A stretch of DNA of 63,437 nucleotides, filler included, from Hyphochytrium catenoides (Eukaryota > Protista > Hyphochytriomycota): NCBI GenBank assembly GCA_900088475.1. It is 5 parts of 5 records of this genome, joined end to end, with 100 filler letters (N's around TTAATTAATTAA, not from the genome) between each part and the next. Parts side by side here need not be neighbours in the genome. Positions count along the whole stretch, not along the records: positions 1 to 14,670 come from FLMG01004418.1; 4 more parts are not named here. The stretch is one strand, 5' to 3'. Shown here one piece after another: positions 1 through 11,698 of this stretch (its first letter is position 1; each line of letters begins with the position of its first letter). The translations under genes and the position numbers were made by a program. The notes under the pieces are model-generated. The model made no database searches. It was given only the letters and a program-made list of their open reading frames with translations, and had not been told where the DNA came from.

Positions 1-470
1 AGAGAGAGAGAGAAGGGGGGAGGGAGAGCGAGAGACCGAGAGAGAGAGAGAGATTGAGAGAGAGAGAGAGAGAGAAAGAAAGGGAGGAAGGGGAGGGGGG
101 CTCATGAACTCCTAAATAATGACAGCACTGCACAGAGAAAGAATGCCGCATTGGAGTTCCTCGCCTTATTATCAGCTCCAGCCCTCTCACAGCCCGCACG
201 AGGAGGTCTGCCTTGACGCCGCCGCATTGTGTTCTCACAAGCAAGCACGGCTCGAAAGTCTGCTGCTGCAAGCTGACCACTGCTGATTGTACGTGCAGTG
301 CAGTGTAGTCCTCGAGAAACAAGAGAGCACGCGCCGCGCCTGGATTGTCTTGTCTAACCAGCACTAGAGAATCGGCAGTTTGGTCCAAGAAATCTGTGTC
401 AAAGTCATCCCATGGTGTAAGAACGGATTGTGACTCTTTCATACACCTTTCTTCTCGACGGACTCGTCCC

Positions 471-3400
471 ATGGAGGTCCACGGTCCGGTTGATGGATAT
501 CTACGCTTGGGAGGTGGTAAGCGCTCACGTGCTCTAACAGTTGGCTCAGAAACACCAGATCTTACCAATGTAAATGCAGATATTCATAGAGCCTTAAGTG
601 AAACGGATGATTCCTGTAAGCGACCAGATCCCACGCTTGTCCCTTTGATGCATAAACAGACATTAACCCCCTTTCATTTGACGACTGCTCTGATGCTCTC
701 CTAACCTCGCCTACGTAACCTATCTGCTTCCTCCCGGTATTGGAACCCTAGCCCCGGATGTCCGCCGTGAGTACCTATCGCGTTATTCTCTTCTCGAGAC
801 GGCAACTAAGAATCTCTGCCAGGATATGTGATGTATTTCCTATATGCTGCGATCGGGGTGCTCGTGACCGCGTGCTGCCTCAATGTATCGTGGTAGGTAT
901 ACATGCGTGGCAGATGTTTGGCGAAGTGTTGTCATATTAGCTTACAGGGACCACACCGGTGCTGTAGGTACGCCTATCGTCGGCGCAGGGTGGAGAACCG
1001 GCTGCAGCAGGATAACCAACACAACAACATGTTACGCCAGGATCTGGTAGACAGGTTGGTGGCAGGCAAATACAGCGACTCTTTCCACTTGGTCTAACTC
1101 GTGGTGCTATAACAGCTTTGTGGAGCCCGAGTGGCAGTGCAGCATTTGCTTCCACTACAATCATCCCATGCAAAGGTCATGCACCCTATGTGGCACCCAA
1201 CAAGGTAATCAAGAGCAGTATACGAAGTGTGAAATAGATCCCTATACTGACAATTGTCCGTACCTTCAGTCATTAACGACAGCATGTCTTCTCCTCGAGA
1301 GACCCACTCTTCAGAGGGGAAAACGGTCAGCCTAGGCGGTAACGAGAACTCGCTGATGGAGCACAGAAAACGAGGCTTCCATGTACCGTAGACATTCACT
1401 AAGTTAACCCGGCATGTAAACCGAGCCTCTAAGTGTCTTTTGTCGATACAGGTTCGCAGGGTGAATGTAAAACAGCTTAACTTGAGACAGCAGGCCGCCA
1501 GGAGGCGGAACATTTGGCAAAGAAAGCGTGGTCCCGACGGCGCTTTACGTTGGGTCAAGACGAACATGGATACACTGCCTATCCGGCAGCAACAACACTC
1601 CACAGATTCCCCTGACCATCATGAAGAGAAGAGACGGTCACTTATCAGAGTACGCGTCATCGTCTGTAGTCCTTGCAATGCCTAGCGCTCTACCTTACGA
1701 CCTTTTATTCCTATGCAGAGAATCAGCGATCGTTTAGCGTTGCCCCAGTCCAGGATCCCGGAGAAAAAGTCAACTTTTGTGTCATCTGATACCTACAGCA
1801 TCGCAACTCCTTCTCGAGGTGGGATGATGTGTTCGACTTACCTTGCAACTCATATTGCCTCATCTAATGCTTCGTGCTCTTATCAAATAGGTGATTATTC
1901 TAGCGATAGACTCAGCTCATCCTCCGTTGGTTACGTCCTGGCACCTGATGAACAAGGGAATATGGATTTTGTTCCTGCAGGTATCTTCGCCATTCATCAC
2001 ATAGAGGTTATCGGCCGTCACTCATATTTGCATCAATCAGACTCAGTACAGATNNNNNNNNNNNNNNNNNNNNNNNNNNNNNNNNNNNNNNNNNNNNNNN
2101 NNNNNNNNNNNNNNNNNNNNNNNNNNNNNNNNNNNNNNNNNNNNNNNNNNNNNGCAGCTGACTCCCATGTTGCTTTTGGTAAGGACTAAAGAGGTATGAA
2201 CCTGCTTGCCTTAGGAAAAATAACACTATTCTTTTGTCTCTCTTTGTCAATCCAGTTGTGAGAAGGACGCATCTACTGAGTGACAGCACAACACAGTTGA
2301 TGGAGTTGCCGACATCACTGCTATGGGAGCGTCTTCGTGTGATGTTCAATGGCGAACCAGCTCTTGATGAGGGTGGACCCACCAGAGAATGGTTTGAGGT
2401 AAGATTAAGATGTGATACGGAGTGCTTTGCTGGAAATCCATAGCCGTTAACTGTGGGACTTTTCCTTATTCTAGCTGATAACTGAGGGCATATTTGACGA
2501 CGAGATGGGACTGTTCGTCCGGACCCATCATGAGAGCATGAGCTATTGGATCAACGCTAATTCGGGCTCCGTGCATAAGGATCATTTGCAAGTAAGCTCT
2601 CTCCGCTCTTCAGTTATGAAAACATATGTTCCTCTAATCATTTCCTGTGTATTAGCTCTTCCGCTTTGCCGGGCGGTTGATAGCGAAAGCTCTCATGGAA
2701 GGACAGGTAAAAGCCCTGCTACATCTGTTTCTTCATGTTATGAGGTGATTTATTAACCTAGCGTTCCAATAATGTAGAACATCCCGGCCCACTTGGCACT
2801 TCCTCTGCTGAAGCATCTATTGAAGGTGCCTGTCACCTTCACTGACCTCAAGTTCCTGGATCTCGATGTATATAATAACCTTCGGTGGCTGCGGTCCAAC
2901 GGTGGAGTGGAAGAGCTTTTTCTCACCTTCAGCGTGGTACGTCTTCATCGTCGTCCTTCCTGTTACACTTTCCAGCCTCATTTCTTTGTTACCGTCACCG
3001 CTTCTTGAGTAATCTTTCTCTCCTATGGCATGATTTATGTTTGGCCATCGCTTACCGAGATGACTACGAAGGTTCGTCGCGGCCCTGATGCCAAGACAGA
3101 GGTTTTTGACTTGAAGGATAATGGCCGAAACATCGCTGTAACTGATGACAACAAGGAGGAATACATCTTTTTGATGATGAAGTAAGGCAGAAGCACTTTA
3201 TAGCTGTAGACGTGGCGTGATTGGTACTCATTCTCCGGCCTTGAATTCGCCCTCGATCTTGCAGATATTACATGCGTGATAGTATTTATGAACAGCTGGA
3301 CGCTTTCGCCAGCAGCTTCCACGAGGCTCTGCCCATTTCTATGATATCGGTGTTTGACTATCAGGAACTTGACCTCCTTCTTTGTGGTAAGTAGACATCC

Positions 3401-4131
3401 TGGGCGCCCTTGTCCCCGGCTTGCTTGCAGCTCATAGAGCTTTTCTTCCTCTAAAGGCGTTCCTGAGATTGATGTTGATGATTGGGAGCGCCACACGGAC
3501 TACTGGTACATCAAGTTTGATAAGCCTTCTAAGGAGGAGCTGCAAGTGATAAGTGTAAGTGTTCGAGAGGTTTGTTTTTGATAATGACCATGTAAATCTG
3601 AAGATCGTTCCTCTCTTTAGTGGTTCTGGGAGGTTTTGCGTGAGTTTTCGACAGAAGAGCTTGCCAAGTTACTGCAGTTTGTGACTGGAAGTAGCAGAGT
3701 GCCAGCACAGGGCTTCAAGGTGAGGAAGTAATCCTTACGAACCGTTCTGGCCAGAACCTTACCAATCGTGCGGTTTATGATGCCAGGCACTAATGAGCAA
3801 CGATGGCAAAGTTCGCCGATTCAACATTCAGATGGTCCGGCCAGAAAACCTTCGATCTGGCCTATGCCCATCAGCACACACGTGCTTCAACAGGTATAAA
3901 CATAGCTCATGCTGAGGTATGGCATAATGGGAATCGCTGACGTATATTGTGCGCGCTATCCCTTAGGATTGACCTGCCTTTCTACACATCTAAGGAAGAT
4001 TTACGGACCTATCTCACCCTGGTATGTTCAAATGCCGTACCCACAGAGTGAACCGAGGACTTATGCAATTTTGATTTATTCGTGTTCTTCAGGTTATAAA
4101 CATGGAAGTCACAGGTTTTGACATCGAATGA
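471..4131 (+). CDS. Multi-exon HECT E3 ubiquitin ligase with N-terminal transmembrane helix and RanBP2-type zinc finger
   Basis: Manual GT-AG splicing gives a TM segment ([23 protein letters not shown]), a zinc finger [21 protein letters not shown] (~1132-1195) and HECT motifs: [64 protein letters not shown], the catalytic PSAHTCFNR (~3868-3893) and C-terminal TGFDIE* (stop 4129-4131). N-gap at 2054-2152; the start codon is tentative. Confidence 0.92.
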
Positions 4132-4389
4132 GACAGAGGTAGATGGAAACAGAGACAGAGAGTGCCGTCCTGAAAGACAGTCCTTGTCCCACCGATAGAC
4201 GTCAGAACCTATCGATAAGAGGCAGAATTCTAAATGTTATAAATATTTACTTGTCCCTACGATGATGGGTCTGGGATGTCGAGTGAGGACATACAGCTGA
4301 CTTGATGTGACGTCTATCACGAGCAAGAGTTGTCTGACCACTGAGTGAGAGGCTTTTGACAGAGCTCACGAAGAGCAAGCAGTATTGCC

Positions 4390-4554
4390 CTTTGCGAGTG
4401 AGAGGGATCACGCTGAGAGGCTGCGCATCACTTAAGAGCTCGCGATGACAGCTTTGTGGGTGAGAGGGATCACACTGAGAGGCTGCGCATCACTTAAGAG
4501 CTCGCGATGACAGCTTTGCGAGTGAGAGGGATCACGCTGAGAGGCTGCGCATCA
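4390..4554. repeat. 62-bp tandem repeat (minisatellite), about 2.7 copies
   Basis: The unit ctttgcgagtgagagggatcacgctgagaggctgcgcatcacttaagagctcgcgatgacag starts at 4390, 4452 and 4514, with few mismatches and no spacers. Confidence 0.9.
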
Positions 4555-5306
4555 GCCATCATGACCGGGAAACGGATAGAACCTTCATAACTCTTGAGAA
4601 GCGGCCTTGGATTCGAATGCATTGGCACCCAGGTCATCTCCCTGGCGTGTAACCAAGGGGATTGCCCTATTGACCCGAGTGCTACCCGGGTCTGGATGGG
4701 TTTTGACAGTGTGTGAAGGGTTGTTTCCTGCTCTCTTTGCTTCTGCACACACTCTGTCTTGCTTTGTTTATTAGTATAACCCTCACCAAGCTGCATCTCT
4801 AGAGCAGCGCGCTCTACATCAAGTGCAAGGTGCAAGTAACAGTGCAGCCGATCTCCCTCATGGGACATACACCTGCGGCTTCAAGACTGGCGCTGCGTTC
4901 GGGGCCTCTAATCTATCGCAAAGCAATGGACAACTGATGGGCCATCGCCATAGCAAGGAGGTTACTGAGGCGCTGCTAGCTCTCATACCCTATTGAGCTT
5001 CGTAGGCGCAGTGTGTGCCTGCCGAGGGCTCTCTCAGGTCTACCTCCAACGTTGCTGCAGTATTGTGTCCTCTAGCAACTGTCACTGCTGTCGTGAGCCC
5101 GCAAGCGAGCCAGCCAGCTAGGCCTGGACGCTTATATTACTTTTCCCGACGTTCAGCAGTATTTAGGGGCTGCTGAGCCATCTGCCTTCTTCTTTTTTGG
5201 ACCGTATCTAGGCATCTTCCTCTTATTTCCGCAGGTGTCTGATACCCAGACTACCTCCATCTTGCACACTGAGTGCTGACGATAGAGATCGGTCTGTTTA
5301 AGGACC

Positions 5307-6081
5307 ATGGGCAATGTCTGCTGTTGCTGTCGCTTAGAAGTGAAGCACGAAGATGGCCGTGAGGGACCTACCCAGGTGCTTCCGGCCTCCTTACTGACTA
5401 CTCCAGAGTTCTTGTACATTAACACCTGCTCTATCTGTCCAGGTAAAGAGCAAGAAGCAGCGGCGAAGAGAGAAGGACGTCCTGGCCTCTCCTTTGCAGC
5501 AAGCGTCATACCGCCCGCCAAGTGGTAACCTTCACTTTAGCTTAGCAATGTTTTCCACCCTTGACCCTTCTCTGCACTAGCTACCGCAGTGCAACAACGG
5601 CCAAGGAAGGTCTCGCTAGACATCAAAGCTGGGCCTACAGAACCCACCGACCCAATTTTTACACGCCTAAATAGCTACCTCAAGGCTAAGAAGCTAAGGT
5701 CGCATGACATCTTCGCCCAGTCCGACCAAGACAGAACACGGAGCGTAACGGGGGAACAGTTTCTCAATGGACTATTCTACATTGGATTTGAGGTCAGGCT
5801 AGTCTCTCACTCTCCACTTCAATGATCGCTCCATCCTGAGCCCCTCTTATCCGCTGCAGCTCTCAGACCCAGAGTGTGAAGTGCTTGCTAAGTGGATCGA
5901 TGAGGAGATGGATGGAGAACTTAGCTTTAAAGAGTTCACTTTGAAGTTGAAAGGACGGCTCTCTGTCTCTCCTCGAAAGCTTCCTGTGACAGTGTTATGA
6001 TCGCTCCTCTCAGTCCTAACCGTTATCTTATATTACTCATAACGCCACCAGCGCAGGTGGTCAATAGCAAAGTATTTGTAG
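5307..6081 (+). CDS. Small EF-hand protein with predicted N-myristoylation/palmitoylation
   Basis: N-terminus MGNVCCCC. Spliced exons give two EF-hand-like loops (IFAQSDQDRTRSVTGEQF and WIDEEMDGELSFKEF). The 3' end is ambiguous: stop at 6000 if unspliced, about 6081 with one more intron. Confidence 0.7.
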
Positions 6082-6212
6082 GACTAATGTCCACCTTCAT
6101 CAAGAATGAAAGAGGATCAATAATGGATTGATTAGCAGTGATCATAGATCTGTGGACTTCCCCGCTTCCTGAGGCAGCAAAGCAGGCTCAATTGACGAGC
6201 TGACGAAAGTCA

Positions 6213-8126
6213 TTAGATGTCCTTCACGGATCTGTTCCTATAGGGAAACACGAGGTTAATCAGGCCAGCCACCGGGCCCCAAGACAAAGGTGTCACACGC
6301 TCCCTCTCAATCAGGGGCATGATGATAACACAGGCCGAGGCTAGGATGCCATGAGCCACCTTCAGTTTGTGTGGAGTCGGAAAGGGAAAGAGAGCAAGAC
6401 CAATGGCATGAAAAGCCACGGCGAAGAAATGGATGGCCAGCACAGTAGGAAGGGGGCTGATACCAGACAAAAGACTGAGAGGCCCCGCCGATCGTGCACC
6501 TCCACACTTGAGATACTCATAGCAGCCGTGTCGCAAGGCCTCACNNNNNNNNNNNNNNNCGTCCCCAAGTGCGACCGTCATTCCTCCACCTGTAAGCGGG
6601 TGGCGCATGTTCCAAGAATCGCCGAGCAAGACCGCCCCTGTAGCTTTGAAGGGCAATGCTGGCATGGAACGGTTGGGCATAGATTTGATGTCATTCTCCT
6701 CCACGGCAAGAAGAAAAGGCTTTCTCGACACTTCTGGCAATTGGGGACATATTTTGTCACGCAAATATGCCTGTAGAGCACCTGTAGAGGCTCGGGGTAG
6801 GACTGGGACGTCAACTAGGACTCTGGTCTCCGTGGGGCTTATCTGATACAGTAGCACTGGATTAGGCTGGGCGAGAACCACATGGCCCCGTCCGGGAACA
6901 GGGACTGGCGGTTCTCCTTCCGGATGGCGTAAGATTAGCGCAACGAAGTGGGAAAGAACAGCCGGAGATGCCGCAGTAAGCTCCTTCCGCAAACCTGACC
7001 AGATACCATCCGCGACTACTGTTAGTGGCGCGTACACGTTGACCATCTCTCCCTCTTTGGCCTTATATTGGATGCCGACAATGCGCTCCATGTCTTCGGT
7101 CTGTTGACCCTTCGGATTCTTGAGCTCCACAGGAGCAGGGATGAGCTTAACGACTGTTCCCTCAATGAACTTAATATTTGGGGACTTCAGGATATCCTTC
7201 CGCATTTGCTTCACAAAGTTCTTGTTATGGAAACCGCGACCACGAGGCTTCTCTTTTGCTGGCCGGACAGGATCAACTCCAAAGTGCTCCAGCCACTTGG
7301 TGGGATATCCGTCGGGATACTTAAGATCAATCATTTCATAGTTCTTAGAGGGTGTGACAATCATATAGCCTTCGCACTCAACAGACTGAGTTTCCTTGTC
7401 CAAGACACAGTGTTTGAGGCCAAGCTTTTCCAGAGCCAACATTCCGCCTGGCTGCATTAGCTCGCCCACGATTCTGTCAGGGACTTCCATACTCTTTTCA
7501 ATCAATGTCACGCGCTTTCCTTTCTTCGCCAGAGACAAAGCCAAAGGACAGCCAGCAACACCTGCACCCACAATAACGACATCACAGTGAGGGTCCTCGA
7601 CTCCTGAGACATCCGCATAGTTCACCGAGCTTGGACGACCAGTGCGGGCGTCGAAGAGGTTCACGCCAAAGATCTCCCCAGCAACAAAGGCGACGCCAAA
7701 AAAGCCGAAAAGATAAGCAAGCGACGAACAGCAAAGGATAAGGGAGACAAACATAGGCTTGTTCATCATCTCATCCTTGAAGAGCTCGTCACGCTCGGAC
7801 TTTCTCTTATACTTGGAAAAGAGATATGAGCTGGATACCACGAAAGTTATTGCCGCTATGATGTTGACCAGTGAAAATAGCTTGAGCCCAGGCTGTTCGT
7901 GCCTCTTATTCGCAGACCCTCCATTAGATGCTGGTGCCCCTTGGGGTTGCGCTTGGGGATTATGGATCAGAAGGGTCAGACCGCAAAGGCCACTGAGCAT
8001 AGCGGTACCTATCAAGAGGGTACCGGGATTCTCCGCAACCACGATTGAGAGGTAGGCGAAGACATCCTGCAGCACATTCCGCAGCAGCTCGCTGCTGATG
8101 ATAAGGACAGTTAGCGCCACAATCAT
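6213..8126 (-). CDS. SQE1: Squalene epoxidase (squalene monooxygenase), conventional FAD-dependent type
   Basis: FAD motif VIVGAGVAG, plus RIVGELMQPGG, VVADG and LGDSWNMRHPLTGGGMTVALGD, and a hydrophobic C-terminus. A short N-gap at 6545-6559 probably hides residues. The N-terminal extension is long and hydrophobic. Confidence 0.95.
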   Translation of the reverse strand: MIVALTVLIISSELLRNVLQDVFAYLSIVVAENPGTLLIGTAMLSGLCGLTLLIHNPQAQPQGAPASNGGSANKRHEQPGLKLFSLVNIIAAITFVVSSSYLFSKYKRKSERDELFKDEMMNKPMFVSLILCCSSLAYLFGFFGVAFVAGEIFGVNLFDARTGRPSSVNYADVSGVEDPHCDVVIVGAGVAGCPLALSLAKKGKRVTLIEKSMEVPDRIVGELMQPGGMLALEKLGLKHCVLDKETQSVECEGYMIVTPSKNYEMIDLKYPDGYPTKWLEHFGVDPVRPAKEKPRGRGFHNKNFVKQMRKDILKSPNIKFIEGTVVKLIPAPVELKNPKGQQTEDMERIVGIQYKAKEGEMVNVYAPLTVVADGIWSGLRKELTAASPAVLSHFVALILRHPEGEPPVPVPGRGHVVLAQPNPVLLYQISPTETRVLVDVPVLPRASTGALQAYLRDKICPQLPEVSRKPFLLAVEENDIKSMPNRSMPALPFKATGAVLLGDSWNMRHPLTGGGMTVALGDXXXXXXEALRHGCYEYLKCGGARSAGPLSLLSGISPLPTVLAIHFFAVAFHAIGLALFPFPTPHKLKVAHGILASACVIIMPLIERERVTPLSWGPVAGLINLVFPYRNRSVKDI

Positions 8127-9301
8127 GACAGGCAGAGCTCGATCGTCCTTTACAAATGGGCCCTAGTTCAGTCTAAAAAAAGTGTCAGTGAACCACAGCC
8201 CAGCAGGCAGCAAAATCTCTTCTGCAGACTGGCTCGTCAGCGTCTGCACTAGCGTCTCAAAGCTGCTCTGAGCTCTGAGTGCCTGCTTGGTCTTCGTCTT
8301 CCCAACCTTTTGGCCTTTTGGCAGCTTGTTCAGGAATCTCTTTACTATTGTCAAGAAAGGACCTGTAGAGACAGGGCAGTCTGTGGGGAATTGAAACTTA
8401 CTGCAGCAGGAAGGCGTAATCTACTGGAACTCCATCTGTGGGAATCTTTACTTATGGAACTTCTTTGCTCTTTTAGTCCAAAAAGATTATCATTGAGAAA
8501 AGCTCTAAGCTGTGACTTGTCATCAAGATCAAGACTGACACAGATCTCTGTTGGGACGTTGGGATTGACGAGATCTCTGTTGATCCTCTGCTGCTGCTCA
8601 AGGCCTCTGGGGCATTCCTTTCCTGGTCCATCGATATGGAGACAGTTGCTTCTGGTGCTGCTAAAGAGGCTCCTCTTATCATCTGCCTTTCAATTACTTC
8701 TTACTAGGGGACGAGCACTCTCCGTCTCCAGTGATGTTACAACCACAACGGTGCAAGATTGGGAAAAATTGATCCGGACCAAGCAGCTGCTTAGAATTTT
8801 TGAATACCATTCTGCGCTGACATGGGGGGGCTTTCGACATGGTCAGGACTTCAGACAGCCTCTCTCGCTAAAGGATAAACATACTTGCCGTAAGATAAGC
8901 AGTCAACAATGACATTGACCCGGGCATAGTAGAAATTACCCGCGTTATAGTTCCTCTTACCCTTTAATGACGAGGAACCTGCTAGCCACCGGCCATGTCA
9001 AATGTGCTCATATCTAACGGATCCCGCCGGGCTCCGAACTACCTCCTTGTTTAGGGGGGCTACAAGGCAGAGATTGAACAAGGGATACAACTATCTTGTT
9101 AAACAAAGGTGATGGCCTCTGTAGGAGCAACGCCCGCATAAAGTCTCTTTATTGGACTCATCGTTGCTAGAGCGCTAATAAATAAAAATTACTTACCCTT
9201 CTTCGCTCTCTCTCTTCAGCTAGCGCCGAGAGAGGAAGAAGGGAGAGAAAGAATAGATAGAAATATAAATAAAGGAACTAGCCGTACAGGGACCTATCTG
9301 T

Positions 9302-11698
9302 CTAAAGGATGAGCCGACCAATCTGTCTGCTTGGGCTTCGTACAACCTGGTAAGGCTGGTAAAAGTCATCCTCTACGGCATTTCTCCGAGGAGGAGCCAT
9401 CTGGCGTTCACCTGCATTGGGCAATAAGCGAAAGCCAAAGGTCGTCCTTGTGGATTGATTGTATCTATTGGGATCCCGGTCCCGAGCAGCCCTTCCCCGT
9501 TCAAAGCCTCTGTCCTGAGTATAACCTCGCTCCTCGTAATTCGCCTGATAGCCATAGTTGCCTTCTTCCGAGTAAGGGTCGGCGGGCCTTCCGCGGCTCG
9601 GCACCGTCAGATTGTTGGAGCTCTGGATGAGAAAAGAGATACGCGGTGCGTCGAGATCCACCTCCTTCTTCATGCCATTGGCTCTTCCTTGTTCTGCCAA
9701 GGAGTTCGGATCTGTGTCTACATACGGAACATACTTACTGTCCATCATAGTGGTACTCGGTCGGCTAGATTGTTGCTGATCTAAGGCTCCTTCTATCTGG
9801 GCGAGGCCATTGAGTGTGGCTTTCTGCATCTTCTTCAAAGCCGTAACAACGGTCTCCATGGATGGCCTTTGAGTAGGCTCTTGATCCCAGCATTTCATCA
9901 TCAGTGACACATAGTCCCGAGGCGCGCGGTGAGTGTTCGTCAGAGATGGGCGTTGGCCATTCTGGATAAGAGACTGTGCTCTTTCAGGGTCCACCTCGTC
10001 AATGAATGGCACATGAAGGGCCATCACCTCAAACATCAACATGCCAAAGCTGAAGACATCGCTCTTTGTTGAGTAGCCTTGATCGTACGCAGCAATTTCT
10101 GGTGCCGTCCATCTAGCAATAGATAGTGTACGCTTGCCTGCGGAGAGTTCCTCATCGTCAGCCAAAACTGCCGTTTTGGAACGTCCTCCTCTTCGAGTGA
10201 TAGCTGAGAGCACCTCTGCAGTTCCAATGTCTACCAGCTTTACCATGAGGTTGTCGTCTAACATGACGTTTGTACTCTTTATGCCCCTATGCACCGCCTC
10301 TCGACTGTGAAGATATCGCACCGCCTCGGCCGTGTCCGCCAGCACCTGCAATCGCGAGTCCCAGTTCCAGCTAATGTTAGTTCGCATGTAATGATCATAG
10401 AGCGTCCGGCTTCCAAAGTGCTCGTAGACTAGAAACATCTCATCTTCCAGTACGCTAGCGGCATATAAAAGAGCCACGTTTGGGTTCCTCAATCTGCCCA
10501 TTGCCTGACAGAAGAAAGGCAGACAGGGGGTGGTCAGCCGATAACCACTTGAGCAGCGACGCTTCTAGGTAGCTAGAGCTTACCTGTGTTGAAGACACTA
10601 GGTCCTCCTCTATCTGTGGTACCGTCAGCGGCTGTATCGCTTCATTGTCGGGACCGCGAAGCTTCAAGTGCTTCACGACTACGCTCGCTTTCCGCCAGAA
10701 GCCAAGAAATACCGTTCCTTGCGCATTGTACCCCAATCTTGTATGGACCTGTAACTCTGAGAACTTCAAGAGCCCCCAAATGCTGTCATTCCAGTCCGTG
10801 GCAGACTTCGTGATGAATATGCTACTGTCTACATAAATAAAATATACGGCGACCTGGCCCAACGGCATCATACGGTTGATCAGGTCCGCCGCAGTCATAA
10901 ACGCTCCTGGCACCTGGAAGTTCAATAACATCAAGAGCTGGCCTGTCGCTAAAGCAACGAGGAACACCGGGACAGGAGCTAGAAACCCTTCTGCCCTAGA
11001 GGCCAGCATTGCAAAGAGGTGGCTCTGATCACGCAGGTAGAAAATGTAGCTGATCTCGGCAATGATGGCAACGATGACCGCATAGTGCAGAATCATAGAG
11101 ATGGTGACCGCAGTCGACGGCGATCCCACCTGCCTCACAATAGCAGTAGAGGCCGCTAATGCCCAAACTAAAACGTGCTGAAAGACTTCAGTGAGAACGG
11201 CATTTAACCATTTCTTCAGCCCCAGGACCCCTTGCACGGCGGTGAGTCCAAATGCTGCAATCCAGAGAATGGCAGCATTCTCAAGGGAGTCGGCTAAAGC
11301 GGTCAGCAAGAGAATCACAGGAGAGGGTTTACGAGTCGCATTGTTCATGACTCCCACTATGTCCTCCGCTGAGAGGAACGCCGCCAAGCCTGACCACAGA
11401 AGCATTGAGCCAATTGCGTACAGAAATTGGCGCTGCTCCAGGAATTGATACCTTCGCCTTTGAACCTGATTGAATAGAAAAAATGATATAGGAGGGTGAG
11501 AGACGGAAGGAACAAGGGAAACGACACAAGATGTAGTTAGATTAACGAGACACCCCTGGGCAGAGAAGACCGTAATGGCGCCGTTCTCGCTCTAAGTTAG
11601 GGTCCTTTTCTTACCAGGTAGATCAGCAGTAACGATACCAGGAGCGCAGCTAAAGCGCTCAGGCTGGCAGCTGCCACCTTCAGGGGTGGAAGTGCCAT
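9302..11698 (-). CDS. Seven-transmembrane domain fused to a TKL-group kinase-like domain (probable pseudokinase); 3 exons
   Basis: ATG 11698, with introns at ~11614-11468 and ~10583-10505 joining ORFs 10455-11405 and 9302-10501. Seven hydrophobic segments precede kinase subdomains LGYNAQGTVF, VVVK, LRNPNV, HRGIKSTN, DIG, WTAPE, KSDVFSFG and CWDQEPTQRPS. Confidence 0.85.

Noticed and set aside
4390-4554. CRISPR-like array
   Set aside because: The units are contiguous with no unique spacers, the context is eukaryotic and there are no cas genes.
5953-6051. Non-canonical GA-AG intron in the EF-hand gene
   Set aside because: A canonical GT donor at ~5986, or simple read-through to the stop at 6000, explains the region.
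11592-11614. 23-nt ultra-short intron in the 7TM-kinase gene
   Set aside because: A downstream acceptor at ~11468 with a strong pyrimidine tract gives a normal intron and a more plausible protein.
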